A stretch of DNA of 64,000 bases, taken from Raillietiella orientalis (taxonomy: Eukaryota). Where the stretch lies: positions 186,001 to 250,000 of the forward strand of contig JAYWIR010000079.1 in assembly GCA_036172245.1 (NCBI GenBank). Direction: 5' to 3'. Below the pieces are notes generated by a model. The model ran no database searches and was not told the DNA's origin. It saw only the letters and a list, made by a program, of their open reading frames with translations. Made by a program: the position numbers and the translations under genes. Of this stretch, positions 49,801 through 64,000 are shown piece after piece; within the stretch, counting starts at the first letter, position 1, and each line of letters opens with the position of its first letter.

Positions 49801-52800
49801 GAAAAACATCAATCATTACAAAGAACGAATTGACTGGTACTTTCCTACAAACGATTTTCACTAGCAGTTTTACAATATGTACCTTAATTAAAGTTAAGGA
49901 GTGTCTAATACGCTCATAATAGCACAATACAACTTATGCTTGCAAACAATAAATGAATGTAACACACTTTATGAGGAGGTGAACAGTTGAAAGAAACAGC
50001 AGTTATAAAAAACTTGAACTGCATTCAACCAAAACAACGGAATTTCTAAGAATTTTCTTCATGGATATCCTCAACAACGAAAAGGTTCAATAAAATATGC
50101 TGTACTTACAAGAAAGATGATGCAAGACATGCTCATTAATGTTCCTGGCAATTTGAAGGTCCAAAAGGGTACTTTAGGCTCCAAAGTTTTCGTAACGTAA
50201 TTCATAGTGAGTTTATTGACATTCTTGAGATGTATAAGGTATGCAGGTCGTGGATGTTCCTCTTTGATATCAAATCCTGTCAAATCCCAACGGTGTGCTA
50301 TTTTAGCGGAATATCGTTTCCAAAGTTCCAAGAAAGTTGCACCTAACAAGATTGGAAAACTATTGTTTTTCATTAAATGTGGATCATTTGGATAAATATT
50401 GTAAACGTGTGTTCCTCTCATGTGATTTAATTGCTGGCAGAAAGATAATTTTCAAATTATAGGCACAGTGTCTGCAAAAAACTATTATGCTTTCCCTGTT
50501 TCTATTCATCAATGGTATGCGTTCATTCCGACTTCATGCACTGGAAGCCTGAATTTGATACGAGTTAAGGAAAAATTTCTATGGGCAAGGCTATTAGTTC
50601 TCTCTCTCTCCAAAAAAAAAAAAAACTACACACATATTTACCAGCAATTAAACATAATGTATTAATTACTCATGAAATCCATCATTTTACTTTTCCGTGT
50701 TAAATTGGAACTATTATTCTATTCCATATATCATTACACTGTTTGCACACTATTACCTGTTTGCTTCATTAAGCAAACAGGGATATCGTATAACAAAATT
50801 AATCAAAAATACGAAGAATCAATATGGGCAGAAATCAGTCACGCCAAAAAAATCGACATTCTGTTCATTCCTGTGATTATATGTTATATAAATAACATGA
50901 CATAAGTTTGAAACTCAAGACTGAAAATATTTATGCCTACAATTAAAGTTGGTAAGTAAAGTGACGTCAAGGTTATTTAAAAATGACAACTCGATTAAAA
51001 TTACTGATTTGAATGCTTAAAAACGCGCCATTCTAATGAAGCATAAATTGCAGCTCCAAACAATAGCAGAGTACAATTACAGCTCCGAAATAAAAGATAA
51101 AACAATACATTGTAAGACTTTAAAGAAATCGATACAGGAAATCATTACATTTTGTATACATCAGGATGGTTTGAGATGCACCATAACACATTTCAAGGTG
51201 ATATGCTTTCTCACACAAGTCACACTTCAGATTGGACATCCATTTTAAGGAATAAAAGAACCTTACTACTAACAAGACATGATAGTATATAGATACTTAT
51301 TCTGGGTACTGTATATCTCCTGTATTCAATTGTTAATGGATCTCTAGGTTGTACAATTAATTTAATCTTTCAGTAATGAGTTATTCTCTTGCTTATTCAT
51401 AAATCTAACCATTTAAAGGCCATTTGGCTTTCTTTATTCTGAACTACCGGGTCTAAAAGCCACCATTATGCACAAAGATTGGTGCATGCATATTTAAAGT
51501 ATCCAAACATATGCAGAAATCTTATATTAAAGTATGTATCCATTAAGGTTAAAAGAATCAAAAACATGAGCTCATTAATAGTACATACTATATTAAAAAT
51601 ACAAACTTACCCCAAAATGACATAAAAATGGAAAAAAAAACGGTTGCTGGAGTATCAATGATAGCTCCAATCTGTGCATACAAGCAAGAATCTTCTAATC
51701 CCCAAAAATTGCAAAAATGATCACAAAGAGGACACATGATAACTTTTTCCTCATTTTCACAAACGTCTTCACTGAAATGAAAGAGTGATATATGCAACCA
51801 TTAATATGCAAAGACTTTACCTCAGTTTATTGAACTCAAATGTTAAATAGCCATAGAGGAAACAGGCCAGTCCAATAATAGAAGCTGGTATTAGCATGTA
51901 TGTATAAAATCCTAGCCAAGCAAAATAAAGAGCCACTTTGACTCCAAAATAATCTTTGATGTAATCTAATGGCTGGTACTTGTGCAATTTAAGTACAGAA
52001 GCCCACTGTTGATATAGTTTGCCACGTGCATTACGAAAATTCTTATGATCTCCCTGAAAAATAAAAACATAACCAAAAAACGTTGATAAATAAGGAAAAA
52101 AAAAAAAAAAATGGACGAGTGCTAGAATTCTTATCAAATTTAATTGAAAATTAGATGTTAAGAAAGCAAGAAACCATGCAACAGACTAGCATAATGTTTA
52201 CCTCATGCAAAGGATAAGCTGCAACATAACTACCATCTGCAATTAGCTTTTCAATCCCCATATTTGTATGATCAGTTTCAACTTCAGTGAATTTTTTCCT
52301 CTTCAGAATAAAGTCTACTACTCGTGACCGCAGACTGGGAATGAATATATCGGGAGACATGTTGAAACTAAACCAGCATAAAACTCTCCATATGCATCAA
52401 AACTTACAGATATTCTTTATCACGGCTGTAAATAGCAGTAAAGTATTTGTCTTTTCGAGGAAAAATGTCATCATTGCGAAAGATTTTTGTACAACGACGA
52501 TATAAATGGCTGCAGTGATGCTGAATAAGGTGAGGTATCTCTCCAGCAAACTCACTGCCTCCTTTCTATCAGAGATTGATAGTTAAACCACATATAAATT
52601 ACGACTGGCATCTATTGTAAATATGGATGAACCAGAGTGGGTTTTTGAAAGCATAAATGGAAACAATAGCAGAACAGGGCAATGAAAGGTAGGATTCCAG
52701 GGCTAAGGTAAGATAATGAATACTGAAATTTCATTAATGAAAAACAAATAAATCAAATTTACCCATTGTTCGTACAGCGCCATATCTTCTTGATCATCTT

Positions 52801-55607
52801 CGATGGACTGCTCGTGACCAAAAATGAAAAAGTTTGTTAGCATATACAACTCGGAAAAATAATACATCGATTTAATTTACAATAACTGTTGATAATAACC
52901 CTACTAAGTATTAAGAATTTAATAGAACTGAAGAGAATAAAGACTTCAAAACATCTTAAACATTATCACACACAATCTACATGCATGCTGAATCAAAACA
53001 TCTTTATTTTAATGCATAAGTGCCACTAAAGTTAATGATAGTCTGCATGTTGAAACATATGGTGAAACCTGTCACCTGTTCACTCAGTCTGTCTATAATC
53101 TATTAATCTCTAAAATTTATGTTTACAAGTGCACAAACCAACACAAACAGAAGTCTCAAACTATTTGGGTAAAACATCATGCACCAATTTTATGCACTTT
53201 GCAAAGTATTTTTCCCACATACTATGAAGACTCACACATGCACTTAAAATATCAATGCTTTGATTAAGGATTTAATGAGGAAACAATTCCCTACATCAGC
53301 AATTAATCCTTATTCTTCCAATTTCTGAACAGTATACTGAAACAATCATTACCCTCTTCATTGGTAAACGAAACTTTAGGATCTCGGCATATCGACAAAG
53401 CACTTCATAAGGTGCATGCACTTTGGCAAACTGAAGACGACCTTCATTATTTGCATCATATTCGAGTTGCAAGCCTTCCTCCTGAAGGTTCATTTCAAAC
53501 ACAGCTCTTCTACGCCTCCATAATTCTTCATGACTTTCTTGGCCTGTTATTCTCCATGCCAGAACAAAATCAATACGTCTTTCACCATCTTTAAAGTACA
53601 AGGTATCATCCTAAATGAAAATTTTTCATTTAAATATTAGCACAATATACATGACAACTTAGCAAATTATTATAATATAACACACCTATATGTGCATGCA
53701 TAGTTATATGTTCAAACATTTACATATATACATGCATTAAGGTTACATACATATTGATACCTTTAATTTTTAAACATTAATAAAAACTGGTCATATGGAT
53801 TGTAATAAAAAGATAAAGTGTCATGAAAATACCATCTATAAATATAAAAAATATTCAAAACACTGAAGCATCTGATTTAAGGTAAGATTTCAGACTGGAC
53901 TGCTGAACAAGGCAGAACTAATATTTGTCATACATTACTTAAATATTCACATAGCCACAATCACTTAATTGCGATTATTTCAAAGTTTTCACAAGGTACA
54001 AACAAAACACATTTGAAAAGATGTTTATTTTGTAGCTTATCTCTTTTGATGCAAAAGTATTATGCATTTGCATACTCCATAAACCTAGAACCTAGGAAAG
54101 ATACAGACACATTTGAATCAAATCACATTAAAGAATTTTACATAAATACCTTCTAGCCGATTTAAAGGAATTTGCCTAAACTACTACTTGCTTCTTTCAA
54201 AGCATTTGGGTGTATTTTTTGCATAAAACGCACGAAAAATAAAAATTTGAATGAAAACGAATTATATTCTAAAAATATTTCATTGGAATACTATTCAATG
54301 AAAAACATATATCAAACCTATTACTAAACAATAAGAGAATGATGTAAGGTGAAGCCTTCTTCTTGGAAGATTAAAGCTGATCAGTACCTTTCACTACTGT
54401 TGATTTTGCAATCAGATTTTTTTTTGTAACCTGTCGAAAAACTCAAATTTTAAGCCAGCCGAAATATCCAAATTCTTTTATGAAAGAGAATAAACCCACA
54501 GCTGAACATATGAGATCTGCTTTCAATAATGAAGCTAATGCTCAAGCAAATGAGGACAAGAGGATGAAAGCATGTTGAATATGATACAGTTTTGATAAAT
54601 ACAACCAGTTGCCAGAATACATGCATGCAACAGTGAGACAAGTAAAATTATGATCTCTAATTTATAAACTATTTCAAACTTTCAACATCTCAGGAGTGCT
54701 GATAATATTGGGACTCTTTTAGAATGCCTTTCAAAGAAAGACATAAATATCAACGAAAGAAAAGTCATAAAAGCCAATATGTTAATTGGGATGCAAGAAA
54801 AACCAAAATTGCCAAAATGATAATGAAATAAAATTTCTGTAATGAAATAAACAAAAATTATTGGAATTATCCAAAAGAGACATGTGTCATCATTTTCTTG
54901 AAATTTGCCTTTGCATCAGAACTAGTTTAATGCCAAGTATTTGCTTCCACTTAACTACTGAACAAATTTCCAGCTTCCATCTACACTACAGAGATGCTAC
55001 TTGGTTCCTATTATCACTGTACATTGGACATCGCTTCTCAGCCTTTGATGGAGATCAAAGTGTAAAATAAAATCTATACAAGACCAAATGCTATTCATGA
55101 ACCAACACAAAATGTTCTGTTCTTGTACAGAAACTCAGTTGTGGATTTCTGCAGCTGTGTGGAAAGAAAAAATGTTTGCAAATATGACTTTAACTGCTTA
55201 CAGTAGAAATAGTCAATCATTATTTGGAATTACCATCTTATATAAAGACTTTTAACTGCACATTTCTCCATTGTAGAGGGACCTTTGAATTTTTCATTAC
55301 TAAATACGTACACAATTGGCAAAACCATGCAATATGAACAGTCTGTTTCATAATAAACATGAAACCACCAATTATTGTCTCAAATTGGAAGCTTTTTTTT
55401 TTTTGGCAGACATGTCTTTAAAATACTAACTGTAGAATTAGGACATGTTGAGGAATTCAAAGCATCCAATTCAACGTTGCAACAATTTTTGCTATCCATT
55501 TCATCCTGTATTTTAATATTGGTATGGAAATCATCCTCGCAGTCAACAGCATCAAATGAATGAAACAGATTATGCCGTTCAGATGAGGTTACATCTCTAG
55601 ATTCCAT
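46829..55607 (-). CDS. Anoctamin/TMEM16 family Ca2+-activated channel/scramblase, 14 coding exons
   Basis: Exons 55607-55431, 53610-53353, 52807-52763, 52565-52408, 52367-52202, 52053-51821, 51771-51611, 50342-50110, 48373-47904, 47853-47699, 47651-47446, 47401-47223, 47172-47067, 47014-46829. Motifs [92 protein letters not shown]. Ca2+-binding acidic residues intact. First exon least certain. Confidence 0.95.
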
Positions 55608-58600
55608 ACTTGAACACTTAAATGTGCACATAAAATACCAAAGGAATTTTGATGGTTATCATTGTAAACTAGAAAGAAAAATTAGGAATTGAAATGAATT
55701 ACGAAAGGTGAAATTATATGCATCCCGAACATATTACTTGAAAACCAATTTATATAAAGAAAGTAACTAGAAACTTGATTCTAACACTCATTCCATTCAG
55801 TTGCTTTATGATAAAGTGCACACTATGTTTGGTTTCTACAATACTTATGAATATTTCTTCATATTGAGAATAATGTTAAAATAAAGTAGAAATGAAGGCA
55901 GAGCAGAGAAAAAAAAAAAATCTTTCATGACATACTTTGTTGGTTTATAAAGTTGTATCCTGTAAAACACTACAGCATGTAAAGTGAAGAAAAACGCAGT
56001 CTCAGTAATTATATTTGTTAAAAACCACTTTCGAACATTTTAATGGTGCAAATTAAATACATATGCAAGCTTATAAACATGTACGTATTTTTGTGGCCTC
56101 TAAACATTCTTGAGCTGTGAAATGCATGAAGAATAATGGGTAATAAGCACAATATATATCTTCTTGATTATCATAAGAGGCATGCACATACCATAAGGAG
56201 ATTTATCATATGCATACCCACATTTGTACCTTTTTAAAACGATTAACTGAAAATTCATTTCTGAACATGCTTAATAATGAAAGAAATGTCAAAATGAGAA
56301 ACATGACTGCTATGAATTTATTTTCTGATTATTGATGCAGATACAAAATAATGCAGCACACCCAGTTAACTAGAATGATAAAACTTGCTACTTTATTTAA
56401 ATATTCTATTCATATCAAGTTGCTTAATTTGCTGCAAAACTTCAATGTAATCATAAACATGCATCATTAGATTCACTATTCTGATCTGGACTATAACTGG
56501 AACCCACAGAACTGGAAAACTTCCTTACAAATGAAGGTAAGCTCAAATGTAGGTTTCAAAACAAGCAATTTATTGACAGTAAAAATAAGTATAATGAATT
56601 CTGATGCAGTCCTGCTATGCTAAACATTAAAAACTGATTTAGAGTTTTCAGCTTTTAAAAATAACTTCATAGTGCAAACTACAAAAATGTTAAATTAACA
56701 GTGCTGTCACATTATAATATTTTCTTTAAATGTGTCAGAAACAATCTGGATAACAAAGGATTGCAATTAACAGCTGACGCTTTATACCAAGCAATTCTAA
56801 TCATGTCTTCTATATTATTATAATCAACTGATTATTCTTTCTAATTATGAATAATTGTATTTCCCATGTTTGAACATTTCACCTAATCATCCATACTACC
56901 ATTATTGCAAATAATCACAAAAGTACAAAATAAATAACATCAAATATTCAGACAGGAACTTTCTTCATAATCCAATATTCATTCTTTAACAAGTACCTTA
57001 CATTTGCATTTTATTGATTTTATAAATTCGCTCGCATTATTACTATTAAACGGTAAGTATGCACACATACACACAAAAGTTGCTACTTTGCTACAAGCTC
57101 ATGGAAACATCAAAGATTACATAAAAGCAACTTTGAGGATACGTAAATAACGCAAAAGTTGCAGGACATTACATATATACCACAGGCTTAGGAACATGCA
57201 AAAAATCATGTAATAAAATAAGTCATATTCTATTTACTATTGAGTCTTACTTATAAAATTCAATAGCCATTTACACTATACATGAAATGCAACAAACCAA
57301 CTAAATTGTTGTAAGTATAAATATATTTAAGGATAGCACACTTGCAAATAAATTCAGACATCCAAACAGAAAACATGAAGAATAAAAACTAGAATTTCTC
57401 CAACACACTTCATAATGCATATCTTAAGATGAAAGCTTAAAATCAGAATCAAGCTGTACCACTCAACTACACAAAACAATGACTAGTTTGAAAACCTTTG
57501 ACAAGCGAAACCGGAATTGTATACTGCATTGCTTTCAATAAATGCCGGCTCTCTCAAATTAACACCTGTAATAACCATTAAGTACTATAAAACCGAATAC
57601 AACAATTTAGTGATTCATTTTTGGATGTCAATGCTCAATATTTCAAATGTTCCTACAGGTGCAATCAAGGTGAACTGCATGACAATGAATGAATAATCAG
57701 GCTTTCATCGTTAAACGGATGCAGCTTGAAATAATAACCGAGAATCGAAAAACAACGCAATCTAAATTAGAAATCTGGGCTTTAGGCAACTTCCTTTTAA
57801 CAATCTGTTAACACAAAACACAACGTTGCAGCTTTCCAAGGACTGACTTAGTACTTCAAATCGCTTACACATTCAAGTCACTGAACGTGATTCCGGAACT
57901 CAAGCATACCACCACCAATTCATAGTTGACATAAAAAATAATTCCTTAGAAATCCTTTTCTTTCTCTCCTATCTGATGTCGGTTTATAAAAATGTGAAAC
58001 TATTATACATCGCTTCATTTATCAACAGATTAAGTCCAAATATTTAATATTATATCACAATCTTTAAATATGGCTCCGTTTATACTTAAAAGCAGATAAT
58101 GAAATCAAAATTTAGCAATTCAAGAAAAGTGGTATTAAAAGAAAATAGGACGAATAAATATTGGAAAACCCAACAATCATCACAGAGATCTATTTGGAAA
58201 TATGTTATGGAAGTAAACTCCGAATTTTAAACAAGAGCAGTCAATAATAAGTAAGCACCCTTGGCTAACGATTCAACATATTAATTCTTTTCCAAAACAG
58301 ACTTAAAACAATCAGATGATGTTTGAAAAAATTCTCATAAATAAAGGATTCTTTATGTAAGATAATTCATTTTATTTGCGTTTTTGGATTACTGAATCAA
58401 AAAGGATTGCAAACCTTCATTTCAATATCATTAAATATATTGAAGCTAAGAAAGCTGTGATTGTGGATTCTATTAAAACCTATTGATTCTGTCTAACATC
58501 AGTCAACTAAACCTTATTAGGTAATGTTCCTCCATAAAATGCGCAATCTATTATTAGCTCAGTCAGCCCAGTTTGTGCCCAGTTATTTAAGATTTTTAAG

Positions 58601-59899
58601 GACAGACACCATCGAATCCAGTTCAAATACATGATGCGTATGGCAATATGAGCACTCCAAAGACGACTGGAGCAGCAGACTGTGTGCATCACTCATCAAA
58701 AATGCGGTAACGAAGTGTGATGCATTATCTGCATCATGCTTTACTGCGATGTTTCGTTTCGGAGAATTTTCTTGTTATGCATATATATATATATTCATAC
58801 TGCTATTCTTAAACATCTAACCAGAGCTGCCAAAATTACTATTATAACTATACAACTTTGTTCATGCAAGATTATGTAATCAGTTGCATAGTTGAGGTGA
58901 CATAAATGAAAGTACTCCATAAAGTACACAATTCAGCTCGTTTTCCATACTTTTCCGATGACGTGATCTCCTTTTATCAATATGAAATACGGATCTAACA
59001 ACATTACTTATGCGATGGTGGAAAATTATTAGCGATTTCATGTTTTAAGTGATCAGTAAATTTTTATGTAAATAAAAGAAATCAGAAAAGCGAAAAACTG
59101 TTTCCCAATAAGATCACCGTTGTATTGTTCATCATGCAATCAGTTCCTGTTTCCAAATAGCAATAAGGAGTTTCTTGATTTCTTAAGACTGTTACAATTA
59201 AATCCTGATGGCACTTTAAAAGCTTCAGCTTGACCACACTTGGACTTCGTTCCAGCTAGCGAAATTGGTAGATTAGTTCTGGAATACTACTATGGTTAAT
59301 GGGCTTGAAATTCCTCAGGAAGTCACTTGGGTAAACATCACTTCTAAGACACGGGAGGCATACCGGCGTGAGCAACAGTCTTATAAACACGGGAAACTCT
59401 TACGTTAGGAAACCTCATTTGGAGGGTCAAAAATTTTGCATAGATAACGAGCGTTGTATGAACATTCATACGAGAATTGTAGTGGCAAATAAGTAGCAGT
59501 AAAAAACGTTAGGAGGAAGGTTTCTTGATGTTTTTTTTTTGTATTAAATCCTACCGTTAGAAACTTAGGAGGGGAAACTAAAAAGTAAATAGGCAATTAA
59601 TTTAAGGTATAATCCTTTTCTGATTATGTTTATTAAAGACACAAAGAAGAGGTTCTTAGGATTTGATTGGAAACGTTACATACGATGATAACTATCCATA
59701 CTGAGATGCACTAGTAAATTGAGCACCACACTTAACTATGTATGAATTCGCTCTGATTACACCTGCTTGAATTTCATTACTTCGTTGTGTATGTATTACT
59801 TTTTAGCATTATTGCATCCACAGCCCTTCCCTAGGTAGAATGCATAAACATTTTAAAGATATTCTATTTATGATCTGCATCATTAAAATTATTTGAAAT

Positions 59900-61850
59900 C
59901 TATCCATGCAATTATTCTTGGATCCACGTTTTCTTCGTATTTTGCTACTATCTATGCTTGGCAACCAACTGGGAACGTACAAAAAGGATTATATTTGTGG
60001 AGTACGGCACTTGGAGAAATTTCCTTCTTAGTTAAGAATGAAAGTATTTATTGTGAATTAGAACATTCGTCCGCATAGTTTTCTGTGAGTTGGATTATGA
60101 ATAAGATCTGTTAGAACACACGGGAACAGAAGGATTAGAAACTTCAACTTCGAAAGGGTTATTGAAAGTGAGGATTCTAACTTTATCATACTAACCTATG
60201 TGCAAGCAGATGCAGTAATCATAGGATGCATTCATTAGATTATTGGTTGCCAAAAGGCAGACATGCATGAGGGTTGTGGGGATTGAAACCGCTGAGTGAA
60301 TCCAATTTCTTTACGACTGAGCAAAGAAATGGAATGAAAATTAGTGATGTCGTGGACAGTGATCGTTCCTCGCCCCAGCTTGATTTTCAGAACAAGTGTA
60401 TGAAAATTTACAGCGCTAACTTTAGTATGTCAATTGCAACAAACGCAACTTCATTAGGACTTTCTGGCGTCACCTTGAAGTATACTTTTATAAAGTGGTT
60501 GTTCTGCGGTGGTCTGCTGTTTTCTTCGCAATCACTGTCATACTCCGTGAAGCAGATTTCCTTTTCCTCCTTTTGCAACTGTTTTTTTCAGTTGATGTTT
60601 TCAATTAGAGTGCTTACAGTTCAATTTCCAGAAGTGACCTTAATGTATTTTCCTGGGTTAGTTGTTTATAGGAAATCATATGAATTCATCTACATATGTG
60701 AAACCAGGAAGGGTAGGTGAATGGCAAACGAGCTGTTTCAAGTTGGTCGACTTCGAAAAATGGTTTCCTGCTTCTGTTCCCTGTCGGTAAGTACCTGCCG
60801 TTTCTTATCGATTTCTTTAAGGAAAGATAGAAGATTTTGGCAACTCTTTCTTTGGGACACCGGAATGAAACGTTCCTGGAAGGCGCAATGCGACCGATAA
60901 ACATCCTGTGCGTGCAATCACCCATTTTAGTTGTGCATACCATTCGTAGACTTCATGCTTTTGGTGCCAATTTACATAGCACTGCAATCTGTGACTGCCT
61001 TCCAAGGGGGTGCAGCAAAGCGGTTCTTTTTGACTTGTTGGACGAAACTCAAGTCAAGTGAATTGGATCTCACTTGTCCACATAGTTCCAGCATGCCAGC
61101 ACACTCCCGAACCGACCAGTCTACTTCACACAGAACTTGTGCTCTCTTTACTAGATTCCGAATCGCTCCTAATGGAGATGGTGACTGCAGGATCCTTGTA
61201 AGCACTTCAAGTTTGGTGATGTTCCAGCGGTTCGGAAAATAAACTTTTCTTGGTGTGTGTAAACCAAAAATACTTTGTTCGTTTTGCTCAATACTCATGT
61301 GGCAGATGCATCCCAATGTCCCGGTATCCAAAACTCCATCTTCTTCTGCTCATCTGGGATCAGGAATCGGTTAGAAAATCAGTCAATATCTAGAACAGAT
61401 AACATGCTGCCTGTAAATCTGTCTGAATTCGAGGCATTTTTTTTGGAGATGTCTTCCTTCGAATTTTTCATCATTTCTTCCTTTCCATAATAGATTTTCA
61501 GGGAAATCTCCCGGTAGAAGGTTTATAAATGAATGCGGGACTTAAGCTTCGTGTCCCAAGAAATCAACAGTATGAATGCTTTCATGTGAATTATTGGAGC
61601 TGTTGACGTGCATCAATGAAATGCGTTTATCAGAAAGTTCTCGAACATGTCCGACTGATCAAAAACGTAGTTACGTACCAGAGATCAATGCCTGGATCTC
61701 TGGATCGAAGAGCTGTCCAATGATTTCGCTGCTATGTTTTCTCTCTTTCCACCTGGTTTCGCTCCTGTCTCTCGCCCACTATTGCACTTCTACACTAGCC
61801 CAGAATCCGTTAGTCAGACCGCATGTACACGCGACCCTTTTATGAGAAAA
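59900..61850 (-). mobile_element. Degenerate BEL/Pao RT region
   Basis: 'HTPRKVYFPNRWNITKLEVLTRILQSPSPLG' (Y.PH..V...TTKLRVVF.AS...G) and 'TYVDEF' (YVDD-like) at about 60682-60699. Confidence 0.55.
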
Positions 61851-61899
61851 ATTGCTGTGTGAGAAATTCAATTGCTTTGACCGCAGCAGTATTCCCGCA

Positions 61900-62760
61900 C
61901 AAGTTCACTGATTTTGCTATCCGAAACGAAGTTCCGATGTTTATTTAGCAACTCCTCAGTTCCTCCTCAGTTTAACCAGTCGCATCGCCTTCGATGTGCC
62001 TCGAGGTCTTGAATCTTATGAGCATCCGAGCTGGTCCTTTAAGCACGATTCTTACCTGTCCGCTCCAGCTTATCATCTGGAATCACGAATGTTCTTCCTT
62101 CCTCTGCCATCCCATTTTTCTCTGTAGCCCCCTTCATTCGTTCGCGGAAGATTCAGTCAAGATTCACAGTCCACGCCTGTTTATCTAGTGCCAAAAGAAA
62201 GTGCCATCTGCAAATATTTGCGATGTGCGTCTTTCTGCATTGCTAGTACGGTACTTCCGTTCCTTGCGTACACGGTCTGGGCGTAGTGGGAAGGAGAGCA
62301 GCACACGCGTACTCGCGCTCCGTGAGTACTTTAGGGATGCGGACAGGACAGTTGCATCGCTTTCCCGTTCGTAAGCAACTTTCGTCGGAGGGAAGAGCGC
62401 CTAGAGCTGATCATTTTCAAGTTCGGTGGTATCAGGGTCCCCTCCAATGCCAGGAAGGTCTCTCTCTGTTTTCAAACCGGAAACCGAAGCCGTGCTTATC
62501 GTGTCGAGAGACCCGAAGTGTCCGATACTCCCTTTCGCAGAGCACCGCTTATGAATGGCTGCGGTGGCGGGACGAGGCGCTTCTGACATGTCTCTGCGTG
62601 GGCTCGGCTATCGGCTTTCAGAATCTGACAACTCGCTGCGTGAGTACCAGCTATCAGGTTTTGTCGTTAATTGGAAAGAGCGACTTGCAGCTGCTGCGCG
62701 AGCCCTGATATGGATTCCAGTGGGTGGTCAAGCTCGTGATGAGTTCGTTCTGCTCAAGGG
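61900..62760 (-). mobile_element. Degenerate Gypsy-like gag/pro/RT-start remnant
   Basis: 'KRCSAKGSIGHFGS' (decayed Zn knuckle) upstream of 'SWSGQVRIVLKGPARMLIRF' (S.WA.PIV.V.K..G..R-like). Confidence 0.35.
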
Positions 62761-62893
62761 TTAGACAAAGGGATCGCGGAAGAAGCCCACCGTGTGAGCA
62801 GCAAGCAATGGGGACAATGAAAAAGTATAGCATAAATATTTCATCAGATTTAGAATGCATCTTCATTTAGAAGTCACGAAGTTTAAATATATA

Positions 62894-62935
62894 ATAATTC
62901 TATTATTAGTGTGTATAATTCTATTATTAGTGTGT
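62894..62935. repeat. 21-bp direct tandem duplication
   Basis: ATAATTCTATTATTAGTGTGT x2. Confidence 0.9.
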
Positions 62936-63299
62936 ATATGATGCTGACCTGATATGCTAGTGTATAGTACACCTGAGGAACACGGCTGGAGAATGCGTAT
63001 TTGCTTTCTATCCCAAGGGGACATGCATTCTAGACGTGTTGTAGTAATATTTAACTTGAAATAATTGCTACGTTAAATACTATAAAAGAACATTTCCACT
63101 TTGTAGTTGACATATCACGGGCATTATTCCCACAGCTTTCTGCAGCCCTCAAGAGATTAATTTAATTTTCATATTATTTGGGAAACTTTGGGGATTTCAG
63201 AAAAATAGTGAGCACAGCCTGAGGGTATTCAGCAGACAGCTCACCACCTGGAAAATGTAGGACGGTTGCTGGTGTCTTTCTTTTTTTTCCTTTCCATTT

Positions 63300-64000
63300 C
63301 ATAGAGGAACATGATGATAAGGTGCAGATATTTCAACTTTCCAGTATTCAACTTCCTTATGCCACAATGAAGTGCGATAAGGGGACGCATGGTTCCAGAA
63401 ACCAGCTCCTATCCTTGTCATGTCTCCTGCACTGAAGTGAAACCGAGAAAACATGTTCACTAGCCGTATATGTATCTAGGTGATAAGGATGAGTTTCCTA
63501 TGCAGTTCTTGAGTTGGGTAGGGAAACGAAGGATCCGAGAATCTGGAGATCAGAAAAGTATCGAAGGAATTTTTGCTCATGCTTTAGAGATGTCTTTCGC
63601 AGATTAACTAATAAATCCACCTTGGTTAGGAAAGCAGAAACGAAGAGATAAAGACTTAGCTAATGATCTCAGTGGCTACCATGGCAGCAAAAGAAATAAA
63701 AACAGAGCTCATCTCTGTAAGGATTGGAGTGTTGAGTCATCATCCGTCACTTGAATGACCAGTAAACGAACGTCAAAATCTGCGACATGTCTCTAGTGAT
63801 GACGTCATAAACATGTACGAAGTTTGAAGGAACTATATGGAGTAGAAGTCCCAGCGGACCTCTAGATTTGGTCAGCAGCAGCTCAAGAAGCTTAAGGATC
63901 GGAGCAGTGCACTACTGGCACTGGAAGGAAGATGTGTTTGGCTATACGTATAGACTGCCGAGGGGCAAAGGTTTCTTCATGAGCTCTCTGTTGCTGGTCA
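63300..64000 (+). mobile_element. Possible BEL/Pao RNase H remnant, runs off window end
   Basis: 'GPLDLVSS...HYWHW' resembles NPADL.SRG...LWW.GP.WL. Confidence 0.3.

Noticed and set aside
55650..59900. Short ORFs in AT-rich DNA upstream of the anoctamin
   Set aside because: No recognisable protein motifs; probably 5' UTR intron or promoter sequence.
1..64000. CRISPR array, operon, prophage or bacterial HGT island
   Set aside because: No regularly spaced repeats or prokaryotic gene structure; all recognisable genes are eukaryotic with spliceosomal introns.

Overview
Eukaryotic (invertebrate animal, probably ecdysozoan) nuclear DNA with spliceosomal introns. No prokaryotic features. Five intron-containing genes can be assembled by hand from splice sites and protein homology: histidyl-tRNA synthetase (+, 5718-9417), YIPF5/7-like Yip1 protein (+, 10005-13025), PRMT9-like arginine methyltransferase (-, 17352-23533), a divergent RABL2-like GTPase (-, 38390-44108) and an anoctamin/TMEM16 (-, 46829-55607). 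Much of the intergenic and long-intron space is decayed retroelements (L1/Tx1, CR1/L2-like, Ty3/Gypsy, BEL/Pao). The most striking observation is a complete, intronless 260-aa UPF0739/C1orf74 (DUF4504)-like gene filling about 95% of PRMT9 intron 2 on the SAME strand. Its ATG lies 6 nt after the 5' splice site and its stop 34 nt before the 3' splice site, which suggests a splicing-controlled two-protein locus. Other findings: a mitochondrial insertion (T-arm-less trnH + 5' nad5), a GC-AG intron, loss of the catalytic switch-II Gln in the RABL2-like protein, and a mosaic CpG pattern consistent with gene-body methylation. All protein identifications come from recalled family motifs, not database searches.
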